Shown here piece after piece: positions 9,127-16,945 of a DNA stretch of 64,000 nucleotides. A model generated the notes under the pieces. It made no database searches. It saw only the letters and a list, made by a program, of their open reading frames with translations, and was not told the origin of the DNA. The translations under genes and the position numbers were made by a program. Source of the stretch: an uncultured virus (IMG/VR IMGVR_UViG_3300035703_000051) (lineage: Duplodnaviria > Heunggongvirae > Uroviricota > Caudoviricetes); the IMG/VR virus record IMGVR_UViG_3300035703_000051; one strand, written 5' to 3'. Each line of letters begins with the position of its first letter. Within the stretch, counting starts at the first letter, position 1.

Positions 9127-9324
9127 ATGCAAACTGTTCCTGTACCAAAGCTCACGCTTTCTTTTGCTGTTGACATTGAAGTAGAGTACAACTCCTTTGG
9201 TGGCAAAACGCAAGATGAAATTGCTGAGGCGCTCCAAGACGATCTAGATGATTTGCTCTATGAGCTGTCACCTCACGTCAAAGGCGTTTACACTAGCTGC
9301 ACCTCCATTGCATTTAACGACTGA
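9127..9324 (+). CDS. Hypothetical protein
   Basis: 65-aa ORF in the operon. Confidence 0.6.
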   Translation: MQTVPVPKLTLSFAVDIEVEYNSFGGKTQDEIAEALQDDLDDLLYELSPHVKGVYTSCTSIAFND

Positions 9325-9578
9325 TGATGAACTCTGATTACCTTGCCGGCTGGGATGTTAAAGCCGAACAACGCAAGACTGATTTCATGGAGCACATGTA
9401 TCAATGCTCTGGTCGTGCCAACGCAGGTCCTGGTGTTGTAGGTCTGTATACAGGTCTCTGGCAAAAGTTTTGTATGGAAGAAGCGGGACCTTTTGCTCGC
9501 AACAAATACTTTGAAATGCTTGAAGCCGCCAGGCGATTTGAGGAACAACAAGCAAAAGAAGCATCTATTGTTTCTTAA
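9324..9578 (+). CDS. Hypothetical protein
   Basis: Stop/start overlap; DFMEHMYQCSGR...LYTGLWQ motif. Confidence 0.65.
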   Translation: MMNSDYLAGWDVKAEQRKTDFMEHMYQCSGRANAGPGVVGLYTGLWQKFCMEEAGPFARNKYFEMLEAARRFEEQQAKEASIVS

Positions 9579-9625
9579 GCTTTACAATAAATAGACAACC
9601 AATCCCAGGCGCATCACACTGTGGT

Positions 9626-9952
9626 GTGCCTGATTTCATTATGGACTTTACTGACAAACCAATGGAAGCCATTAAAGAATGGCAAGACTGGTATCGCAAA
9701 CACCCCATTGTCTCTGAATCAAACTTCATGACAAGTGTTCCTGAAAACGTTAAAAACATGTGGATACAAAAAGCACAAGAAGGTTTTGCAGACACACTTT
9801 CGGAATATCAATACGAATTATCTGGCAAAGAACTATATAAAGCTTTTTATGCAGCAGCATATGAACACATGGAAAATGCACACAAAGAATACAACAGAAC
9901 AAAAGATCTAGTTGATATGCTGCGCTTTGGCAACTCCACTCAAGAAAAATGA
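9626..9952 (+). CDS. Hypothetical protein
   Basis: 108-aa ORF in the operon; start uncertain. Confidence 0.6.
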   Translation: MPDFIMDFTDKPMEAIKEWQDWYRKHPIVSESNFMTSVPENVKNMWIQKAQEGFADTLSEYQYELSGKELYKAFYAAAYEHMENAHKEYNRTKDLVDMLRFGNSTQEK

Positions 9953-10188
9953 ATCGCAAACGAGAGCCTGATTACCCCAACTACATCTGCCACGTATGTG
10001 GGGAAGCCTATGGTGGATGGTACAAACGTGGTACATACATTGGCCCACCGCATCATTGCGCTACATATCACAACGGAACTTGTGATCTTTGTGGTGATAC
10101 TGATGTCCCTGTCACTGAACCACGAGACTATGGACATCTGCGTGCAAAATGGAAAGGTGAGATAATGAGAAGTAGAGAAAGCAATTAA
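9949..10188 (+). CDS. Small zinc-finger protein
   Basis: CHVCG and CDLCG pairs plus VTEPRDYG. Confidence 0.65.
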   Translation: MNRKREPDYPNYICHVCGEAYGGWYKRGTYIGPPHHCATYHNGTCDLCGDTDVPVTEPRDYGHLRAKWKGEIMRSRESN

Positions 10189-10193
10189 AACTA

Positions 10194-11507
10194 ATGCCTA
10201 CTTATAGAGATCCACTTAAACCAAGTAATAGCTACCCAGTTATTAAAGTCCAAACTTGTAGTGGTCAACCATTAGAAGTAACAACTGCATCTGGTCAATC
10301 TACTTATATTCAACCGGGTGGTGTAGCAGGTGATGCATTTGGTCGCCTGCGTACATCAAACCCATATACCTTATTTGATTCCAGTCATCGTTATTCTGTT
10401 AACGGTCACTGGTCTACATCAACAGGTGTCAGCGGTACTGTTGTCTTCAATGCGGACCAGGGATTGGTTGACCTAAAGATTGGTACTAACTCTGGATCCA
10501 AGGTTTACCGGGAAACTAATCGAGTCTTCTCTTATCAGCCCGGTAAATCCCTGCTGACCATGAGCACCTTTGTGATGGGCTCTGGTCAAACCAACCTACG
10601 TCAGCGGGTTGGATACTTTGGTAGTGGTAACGGTATTTATTTTATGCAGTCGGGTTCAACTTATTCCATTGTTGAACGTTCTTCTGTTAGTGGATCCGTT
10701 ACAGAAAGCATCATTCCTCAGGCAAGTTGGAATGGTGACAAGCTAAATGGTAGTGGTGAATCAGGTTTTAATCTGGACCCCACCAAGTCTCAAATCTTTT
10801 GGTCTGATGTTGAGTGGCTTGGTGTTGGCACCGTTCGTGCAGGTTTTGTCATCAACGGTCAATTCATCGTTGCTCACTCGTTCCATCACGCAAACCTGGT
10901 TCCTGGTACCTACATCACAACGGCATCTCTTCCGTTGCGGTATGAGATTGAAGCCCTTGGCACTCTTTCGTCCAGCGGCAACTTAAAACAAATTTGTTCT
11001 ACTGTTATTTCAGAAGGTGGCTACGAAACCAGGGGTGATTCCAACTCTATTAACTTACCTATTGCAAGTGGACGTGTTTGCACCAACAGTGGTGTGTTCT
11101 ATCCAGTTATTGGTATTCGTTTAAAGTCCACACGTTTAGATGCAATTGCTGTACCTAATGCCATTTCTTTAGTAGGTAACGGTACTAACGCAATCTTTAC
11201 TTGGCGTATCGTTAAAAACGCCACAATCTCTGGTGGCACTTGGACCAGTGCTGGCATTGACTCTCCTGTTGAATACAACCTCAGTGGTGTATCGGTTTCT
11301 GGTGGTCAAGTTATGACTGCTGGCTACTTCACTGCTGATGCACAAAGTCGTCCTGTTGTTGAACTTACAACAGCAGACTTCTTTAAGTTTCAACTGGAAC
11401 GTGATTCATTTACTAATACACCCGCTGAATTAGTACTGCAAGTGGCCGCCAAATCAGACAATGATGTTGTATGGGGTGCACTTGATTGGGAAGAAATCAG
11501 CAAATAA
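10194..11507 (+). CDS. Ser/Gly/Thr-rich beta-structured protein, probably virion-associated
   Basis: DAFGRLRTSNPYTLFDS motif; 437 aa. Confidence 0.6.
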   Translation: MPTYRDPLKPSNSYPVIKVQTCSGQPLEVTTASGQSTYIQPGGVAGDAFGRLRTSNPYTLFDSSHRYSVNGHWSTSTGVSGTVVFNADQGLVDLKIGTNSGSKVYRETNRVFSYQPGKSLLTMSTFVMGSGQTNLRQRVGYFGSGNGIYFMQSGSTYSIVERSSVSGSVTESIIPQASWNGDKLNGSGESGFNLDPTKSQIFWSDVEWLGVGTVRAGFVINGQFIVAHSFHHANLVPGTYITTASLPLRYEIEALGTLSSSGNLKQICSTVISEGGYETRGDSNSINLPIASGRVCTNSGVFYPVIGIRLKSTRLDAIAVPNAISLVGNGTNAIFTWRIVKNATISGGTWTSAGIDSPVEYNLSGVSVSGGQVMTAGYFTADAQSRPVVELTTADFFKFQLERDSFTNTPAELVLQVAAKSDNDVVWGALDWEEISK

Positions 11508-11541
11508 AACACTGATAAACTAAAACTATCGGCTAAACGTC

Positions 11542-12105
11542 ATGTATACTCCCGGTCCTCAGACGCAACAACCACCCCAGATGGGGGTGGAACCACTCAA
11601 TTCTGGGGTGGCTCCAGAGCAGCAAGCCAAACCCAAGGCTCCTGGTAAATCAAAGAATGGTGATGTCGGGGCCTTTATCCAGCAGTGCATCTCTCTCTGT
11701 TCCTACCTCAAGGAACTTCAAACACAATCCCATCTCATTCACCTGAACATTGAAGGTGCAAACTTTCTCGGTCTCCACGGGTTCCTTAAAGGTCAGTACG
11801 AAGCTCATTTGGAACAGTTTGATACGTTGGCCGAATTTATTCGGTCGATGGATTACCTGATGCCCATGTGTGCCAGGGGACTGGCGGATGCTGGCCCTGG
11901 TATCCAGCATGTTACCAGCTACAAGGGCACCGATCAGCTCGCCACGTACTACAAAAATCTGGAAGAGCTGGGCATGAAAAGTAAAAAGCTGGAACCCATT
12001 GCTGCCAAAGTGGGTGCTATTGACATTCAAAACTATATGGCAGAACTATGCGGCCAAGCCTTCAAGGCGGCATGGTTCGTGAAGGCCACGCTAAGAACAA
12101 GCTGA
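11542..12105 (+). CDS. dps: Dps/ferritin-like protein
   Basis: HLIHLNIEGANFLGLHGFLKGQYEAHLEQFDTLAE matches the Dps ferroxidase signature; C-terminal KAAWF. Confidence 0.8.
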   Translation: MYTPGPQTQQPPQMGVEPLNSGVAPEQQAKPKAPGKSKNGDVGAFIQQCISLCSYLKELQTQSHLIHLNIEGANFLGLHGFLKGQYEAHLEQFDTLAEFIRSMDYLMPMCARGLADAGPGIQHVTSYKGTDQLATYYKNLEELGMKSKKLEPIAAKVGAIDIQNYMAELCGQAFKAAWFVKATLRTS

Positions 12106-12176
12106 TCGAGGCACTTGGAATCGAACCAAGGTTACCAGTACCCAAAACTGGGGTGTTGCCACTATACTATGCCTCG
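12106..12176 (-). tRNA. tRNA-Pro(TGG)
   Basis: Acceptor stem CGAGGCA/TGCCTCG, anticodon arm CCAGT-TTTGGGT-ACTGG, T arm CTTGG-TTCGATT-CCAAG. No encoded CCA. Confidence 0.9.
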
Positions 12177-12536
12177 TAAAACATAATGCTCTATTTGATG
12201 GCAATTAGCGCATAAAACCTCGCATTTGCTTATCTCGTTCATTATGACATCCCAGCAGTTTCTTTGAGCCATTTCAGAAATGTTTCCATCCTTTTCTTTG
12301 TTGGTGTGGTGAAACTGCAATGCACGATAATCGTCATAACCACAACGGTTGCATGTTAACGTTTTTTTAAATTCTGTATACTTCTTTACACGTACTCTCC
12401 TTGCTTTATGTTTTTGTTTTGAATAGCAGGTCACACAAAGGTGTCGATAATAGCTTTTGCCTTTTATTTTTCCTGCCAAGGGAAAATTACTAACTAAATC
12501 CTCTTGTTCACACTCTCGGCAGGTGCGTGTTTTCAA
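12162..12536 (-). CDS. HNH endonuclease, putative homing endonuclease
   Basis: CNRCGYDDYRALQFHH...CEVLCANCHQIEH with an N-terminal CxxC pair. Likely TTG start at 12536; stop codon lies inside the tRNA. Confidence 0.85.
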   Translation of the reverse strand: MKTRTCRECEQEDLVSNFPLAGKIKGKSYYRHLCVTCYSKQKHKARRVRVKKYTEFKKTLTCNRCGYDDYRALQFHHTNKEKDGNISEMAQRNCWDVIMNEISKCEVLCANCHQIEHYVLRGIV

Positions 12537-12583
12537 AAGTATTTCTTTTAAATCCCATTTATTATAAATACTTTTATTTAAAA

Positions 12584-12720
12584 ATAGATGGAGCAAGTGT
12601 GATACACCTCAAGGATGTAACAGTGACTTGCCCTCTATCTCAACCAGGAAAGGTAACCCGCAACCAACGGCGGACCTCAGAACTGGCTGACTGCCCCATC
12701 GGAAAGAGAGGGGGAACGGA
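12584..12720 (-). ncRNA. Candidate structured RNA
   Basis: GC-rich intergenic segment after a TATAAT box, with a long hairpin at 12584-12638. Confidence 0.35.
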
Positions 12721-12736
12721 TTTATTATAATAAAAA

Positions 12737-12901
12737 GTTGCCTGAGGTGACCAACCCCAGGACTTTTTCGGTGCTTAAGACACCGGTGCGGATCTCTTTA
12801 TCCGCTTGGCTTGACGTGGGTGTCAAGCGGGTACCCCTCCGTTTAGCCGCAGGAACGCTCCAGCAAACTTGTTTTGGTCAAGGGAGTAAGCTGGTCTCCC
12901 C
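12737..12901 (-). ncRNA. Candidate multi-hairpin ncRNA upstream of the tRNA
   Basis: Four adjacent 5-7 bp hairpins (12741-12828), further 5' stems and a TATGCT -10-like box upstream. Confidence 0.55.
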
Positions 12902-12926
12902 TTCACAGCATAGCAAAAATACAAAG

Positions 12927-13562
12927 TCATGCAACGGATTTTACTTCGTACATGTAATGGTCTGAAGTTTCCAGCTTTCGTTTGTTCTCTACCGAATACA
13001 CCGTCATATCAATCTCATACCCTGGGTTCTGCTTGATTCGGTTAAAGGTCCAAGCGTTGTCGTACCAGATGATTCGGTTGTTGGGATATGCATAGTAATT
13101 GCCACTGTCCATCTTGAAGAGATGGGCGCACTTATGCTCTGGTGTCTCAGAGAAATTGCAATCAGTCACTCCCTTGTTTTCCCATGACCAATCAAGGGTA
13201 AACATGTAGGTACCAAGCGCTTTGTCTCCGTTGGGTTTGATTAACTCTGCCTGAAGACCAGCAAGACGCGCACGTTTTTGCACATCAATATAAGGTGAGA
13301 AACAATCCCAATACATCACATCTTCCAGTGGTTCGATGGGTGCATCAGGCTTCCAGCAGAATGCATGCAGTGGACGCCTGGTCCAATTCACACCATTCTC
13401 AAGGAAGGCTTCAAACAACGGCACACGTTTCTCAATACTGGCAACACAGTGCACATCACACTTAGTTACTTCACCATGGCCTTGGGTGTGATTGTAAAGA
13501 AACTCATTGCGGATATAACAAGACCAGTCGGGCAAATTGTGATTTAAATACGCCACGCACAA
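12927..13562 (-). CDS. Hypothetical phage protein
   Basis: 211 aa; YMFTLDW, PEHKCAH and YAYPNNRI motifs. Confidence 0.75.
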   Translation of the reverse strand: MCVAYLNHNLPDWSCYIRNEFLYNHTQGHGEVTKCDVHCVASIEKRVPLFEAFLENGVNWTRRPLHAFCWKPDAPIEPLEDVMYWDCFSPYIDVQKRARLAGLQAELIKPNGDKALGTYMFTLDWSWENKGVTDCNFSETPEHKCAHLFKMDSGNYYAYPNNRIIWYDNAWTFNRIKQNPGYEIDMTVYSVENKRKLETSDHYMYEVKSVA

Positions 13563-13587
13563 AAAATCCCGGTTGTTATACCGGGAT
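13561..13587 (-). terminator. Rho-independent terminator
   Basis: ATCCCGG-TATAACAA-CCGGGAT followed by a T run on the minus strand. Confidence 0.75.
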
Positions 13588-13589
13588 CA

Positions 13590-13694
13590 TAACTTCCTTC
13601 CCTACTCAAATGTTGTTGAGCACTACGTTCGTAACGTGGAAGGGGTTTCGACTATTACCCCTAGAGCTGTATTGCTCCGTGTGTCAGGATATCA
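13590..13694 (-). ncRNA. Candidate four-hairpin RNA
   Basis: Four adjacent hairpins (13605-13677) ending at the terminator. Confidence 0.45.
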
Positions 13695-13871
13695 CTATTT
13701 TTTCTTAGGTGGTACTGGTTTCTTTGCACCAGGTTTTGCAGCCGGAGCACCCTTCTTTGGTGGAACCGGGGCACCTTTCTTTGGGGGCACTGCATTTCTC
13801 TTACCTTCTGCCGCAGCTTTACCGGCAGGCACCATGCCTTTACCGGGCACGAACTTTTTACCTTCAGCCAT
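13695..13871 (-). CDS. 58-aa Lys/Pro/Ala-rich basic protein (not in ORF track)
   Basis: MAEGKKFVPGKGMVPAGK...VPPKKGAPVPPKKGAPAAKPGAKKPVPPKKK. Confidence 0.75.
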   Translation of the reverse strand: MAEGKKFVPGKGMVPAGKAAAEGKRNAVPPKKGAPVPPKKGAPAAKPGAKKPVPPKKK

Positions 13872-13902
13872 GATTAATAAGATGTCTTAATTGATTATAA
13901 AG

Positions 13903-14103
13903 TCACTTACTTTGCTTGTAACGTCTTGCAGCGCGACCAGCTTTTTTTGCACGCTCAGTGTTAGGAATAAACTGTTTGCCTTGCCTGCTACCAGCTCTTT
14001 TCTTTTGATCAGTCTCCTCACGTTCTTCTTTAGACAGTGAGGACCAGGCTTTCTCTGGAAGGTAACGCTTGGTGTATCCTTTTTGAATTGCTTTATCTGT
14101 CAT
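13903..14103 (-). CDS. Small basic protein
   Basis: TKRYLPEKAWSSLSKEEREETDQKKRAGSRQGKQF. Confidence 0.75.
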   Translation of the reverse strand: MTDKAIQKGYTKRYLPEKAWSSLSKEEREETDQKKRAGSRQGKQFIPNTERAKKAGRAARRYKQSK

Positions 14104-14105
14104 GT

Positions 14106-14276
14106 TTATTTTTTAAATTTGACGATCTGTTGCCATAAACCATTTTTAATGGCTTGGTCTATGGAAACACCCTGGGGCAAAACTTGACTAGCCCAAAAAT
14201 TTTCTTCTAATAAAAAATCTCTTGGGTCGTTACCTGGCCCAGATGTATTCATATAACGTCCAGCAATTTGCATCAT
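14106..14276 (-). CDS. 56-aa hypothetical protein (not in ORF track)
   Basis: MMQIAGRYMN...QQIVKFKK; ATGA overlap with the upstream stop codon. Confidence 0.55.
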   Translation of the reverse strand: MMQIAGRYMNTSGPGNDPRDFLLEENFWASQVLPQGVSIDQAIKNGLWQQIVKFKK

Positions 14277-14584
14277 TTATTCTCCTTGTATTTTTTGGCG
14301 GCTGCTTTAGCTTTGCCGCGTTTTTCATATTCATCCTTAGTCATCCACTTCTCCTTGCCCCACTTCTCCAGGGACTTCTGCTTTTCTCCCTTGCCTCCCT
14401 TATATCCGCCACCTGCCTTCTCGTATTCTTGAGCAACAAGCTGGGCCTTTCTAGCCGAAATAATTAGTTAGCCTTACGGCTACGACCATTCTCCTGGTTT
14501 ACCACCACGGCCTTCACGCATAATTTTGTTTTTGATACGCTCACGCAGGTCTGGTTTTGTGTACTTGCTTTTGTCTTCAGCCAT
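14273..14584 (-). CDS. Basic WSARKAQ-motif (DUF5872-like) protein interrupted by an in-frame 24-nt insert; predicted translational bypass
   Basis: 34 codons MAEDKSKY...GKPGEWS, then TAG CCG TAA GGC TAA CTA ATT ATT TCG, then ARKAQLVAQEYEKAGGGYKGG...KENK. GAGG Shine-Dalgarno upstream. Confidence 0.7.
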
Positions 14585-15320
14585 AACTTCCTCGCTCTTT
14601 AAGATAAGTGACTGCGTTTGTCAATACATCTATATTATCACCAAATAAACCTAGGGCTCTATTGCACTCTTTGCACAGCAAACCCCTGAACTCATTGGTT
14701 TTATGGTTGTGGTCCATGGCTAAAGATTGTTTGTCCTTGGGGGGCTCTTGGCAAATTGCGCATAAACCTTCCTGGATCTCAAAAACAATGTCGTATTGCT
14801 CTTTTGTTATCCCTCTGCGCTCATATTTTTTGTGATTGTTATGTAATAAATCTTGCCCTTGTTTTTTAACTTTTTGATAATGCTCTTTGTTATTGTTTAC
14901 CCATTTGTCCCAACTTAGTTTATTGCAGGCTTTGCATGAAGAATGAAGATACAATTTGCCGTCTTGCTTTCTTCTTCTAAAACAATCCCAATCTAAATAA
15001 TGAGCACATTTAGAACATTGCTTTTGACCGTCTGCTCCGTACAATAAGCTAAATCGACGGTTAACCAAAGATCTGCAATCTTTGCATACGCTGTCTCTTT
15101 TTATATTGCCAGCAGAGTTATACCCTTTGTTCCCAAAATTTTCATACGGCTTTCGGGTTCCGCATTCCCGGCAAAGTTTTTGCATTGGTTGGTTTGTGCT
15201 TTTCTTACGATAGCACAAAATCACCGGCCCGGGCTTGCCGCCCTTAGATCCAGCCATTACACGATCTTTGATACGCTCGCGTAACTCCGGCTTGGAATAT
15301 TTACTATCGTCTTGTGCCAT
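14577..15320 (-). CDS. Endonuclease VII-like homing endonuclease, in frame with a duplicate 31-codon 5' end of the downstream gene
   Basis: QEGLCAICQ...LAMDHNHKTNEFRGLLCKECNRALG plus N-terminal CxxC modules. Own start probably ATG15185. Confidence 0.85.
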   Translation of the reverse strand: MAQDDSKYSKPELRERIKDRVMAGSKGGKPGPVILCYRKKSTNQPMQKLCRECGTRKPYENFGNKGYNSAGNIKRDSVCKDCRSLVNRRFSLLYGADGQKQCSKCAHYLDWDCFRRRKQDGKLYLHSSCKACNKLSWDKWVNNNKEHYQKVKKQGQDLLHNNHKKYERRGITKEQYDIVFEIQEGLCAICQEPPKDKQSLAMDHNHKTNEFRGLLCKECNRALGLFGDNIDVLTNAVTYLKERGSYG

Positions 15321-15342
15321 TTAATTTTTACTTATATCTTTA

Positions 15343-16314
15343 TTATAAGTAACCCTTAATCAACTCCCTAATACCATCTTCAAAATTACGTTGTGCGCTC
15401 CAGCCAAGCTTTTGGATTTTGCTTGGGTTGATGGCGTACTTCAGATCATTGCCGGGACGATCAGTTACATGTTTAATCAACTGGGCGTGAGGCTTGTGCG
15501 ATGGCCTAAGTTCATCCAAGATATTACAGATGGTATAAACAACCTCTACATTGGTGCGCTCTCCATCGCCGCCAATGCAATACTGCTGACCAACCCATCC
15601 TTCTTTCATTACCAAAAGCAAAGCATCAATATGATCTTCTACATGTAACCAATCACGTACATTCTTTCCTTCCCCGTGGATTGTGATCGGCTTGCCCGCC
15701 AACGCATTGGTAATCGTCATGGGAATCAACTTCTCTGGATACTGTCCAGGACCGTAATTATTGCTGCAATTTGTAATGACTGCAGGAAACTTATAGGTGT
15801 TGTGCCAGGCCATCACCAGGTGGTCACTGGCTGCTTTACTGGCTGAATACGGTGAGCGTGGATTGTAAGGTGTTGTTTCAACAAAGAATGCTTCAGTGTC
15901 GTCTGGATGCAATGAACCAAAAACTTCGTCGGTACTAACATGTAAGAATTTAAAACTATCTTCAATACCAAGGCGGCATGCCTCAAGTAAATTAAAAGTT
16001 CCAATAATATTGCTGTAAATAAATTCCTGTGGTGATCGAATGGAGTTATCAACATGGCTTTCAGCAGCCAAATGAAAGATCTTAGATGGTTGAATTGAAA
16101 ATACCCATTCTTGAATCGCGCTTTCATTGGCTAAGTCATACGGCAATAACTGATAACGCCAACGTGCTTGAGGATGTTTAAATATTTCTTGTCCTTCGCT
16201 TGCGTAACTAAGCTTGTCAATGTTGTAAATAAAAGCATCAGTTGTATCAAGCAAACGCTTAATCAAATGACGACCAATAAAGCCGGCTCCGCCGGTAACA
16301 AGAATTTTTTCCAT
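15343..16314 (-). CDS. rfbB: dTDP-glucose 4,6-dehydratase
   Basis: GGAGFIG, HLAAESHVD, STDEVFG and YSASK motifs. Confidence 0.95.
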   Translation of the reverse strand: MEKILVTGGAGFIGRHLIKRLLDTTDAFIYNIDKLSYASEGQEIFKHPQARWRYQLLPYDLANESAIQEWVFSIQPSKIFHLAAESHVDNSIRSPQEFIYSNIIGTFNLLEACRLGIEDSFKFLHVSTDEVFGSLHPDDTEAFFVETTPYNPRSPYSASKAASDHLVMAWHNTYKFPAVITNCSNNYGPGQYPEKLIPMTITNALAGKPITIHGEGKNVRDWLHVEDHIDALLLVMKEGWVGQQYCIGGDGERTNVEVVYTICNILDELRPSHKPHAQLIKHVTDRPGNDLKYAINPSKIQKLGWSAQRNFEDGIRELIKGYL

Positions 16315-16323
16315 CTATACATA

Positions 16324-16869
16324 TTAGTGAAATAAATCGCATTCTTTCAAAGGAGTTCCTTTGGAATCTTTTAAAGAAAGAATTGGTTTTTTGGGGGCGT
16401 CCCAGGTGATTGCAAGGTCTGGATCATTCCAAAGCAAAGTCCGTTCGTGGTCTGGGCTATGTACTTCTGTCATCTTGTACAGAACATCAGCATCGTTCTC
16501 CAGGGTGGAATAACCATGCGCAAAACCTGGCGGGATCCAAACCATGTCGTGGTGGTCACCAGAGAGGTAGACGTTGATCCACTTGCCAAACGTCTTAGAT
16601 GACTTGCGTAAATCCACAATCACATCTTGGATGCGACCATGGATGCAACGCACTAATTTCCCTTGTGCTTTTTCGCCAACCTGGTAATGCAATCCACGCA
16701 CTACCTTAGAGTAAGAAGTAACAAACGAATCCTGTTTAAATTCCAGGCCATCGGTAATTTCTTTGAATTTCTCGATGTGCCAGTGGTCGCTAAAACATCC
16801 GCGAGAATCTTCGTAGCGATCAACAGAAATTAACTTGACCCCTTCCAAGGCAAGTGGTGTGACCTTCAT
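16324..16869 (-). CDS. rfbC: dTDP-4-dehydrorhamnose 3,5-epimerase
   Basis: DSRG, RGLHYQ, QGKLVRC and IPPGFAHG motifs. Frame extends upstream to 16983. Confidence 0.95.
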   Translation of the reverse strand: MKVTPLALEGVKLISVDRYEDSRGCFSDHWHIEKFKEITDGLEFKQDSFVTSYSKVVRGLHYQVGEKAQGKLVRCIHGRIQDVIVDLRKSSKTFGKWINVYLSGDHHDMVWIPPGFAHGYSTLENDADVLYKMTEVHSPDHERTLLWNDPDLAITWDAPKKPILSLKDSKGTPLKECDLFH

Positions 16870-16945
16870 GCGAGGTGCGTAAGGATTAGGAATTTCAGGC
16901 CAAACAGAATACAACTGGTTGATGTACTTGTTCAACCGTGCTTTT

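Noticed and set aside
12527..12965. + strand ORFs of 67 and 75 aa, and 13573-13890
   Set aside because: They run opposite to local transcription and are better explained by structured RNA and the minus-strand basic protein.
14459..14482. Stop-codon reassignment or readthrough as the explanation for the interruption
   Set aside because: There are three in-frame stops of two types, other genes end normally in TAG and TAA, and no suppressor tRNA is seen.
14577..15230. Group I intron around the endonuclease genes (also 53566-54134)
   Set aside because: The flanks are only tens of nucleotides, too short for a ribozyme core, and the duplicated gene ends explain the layout.
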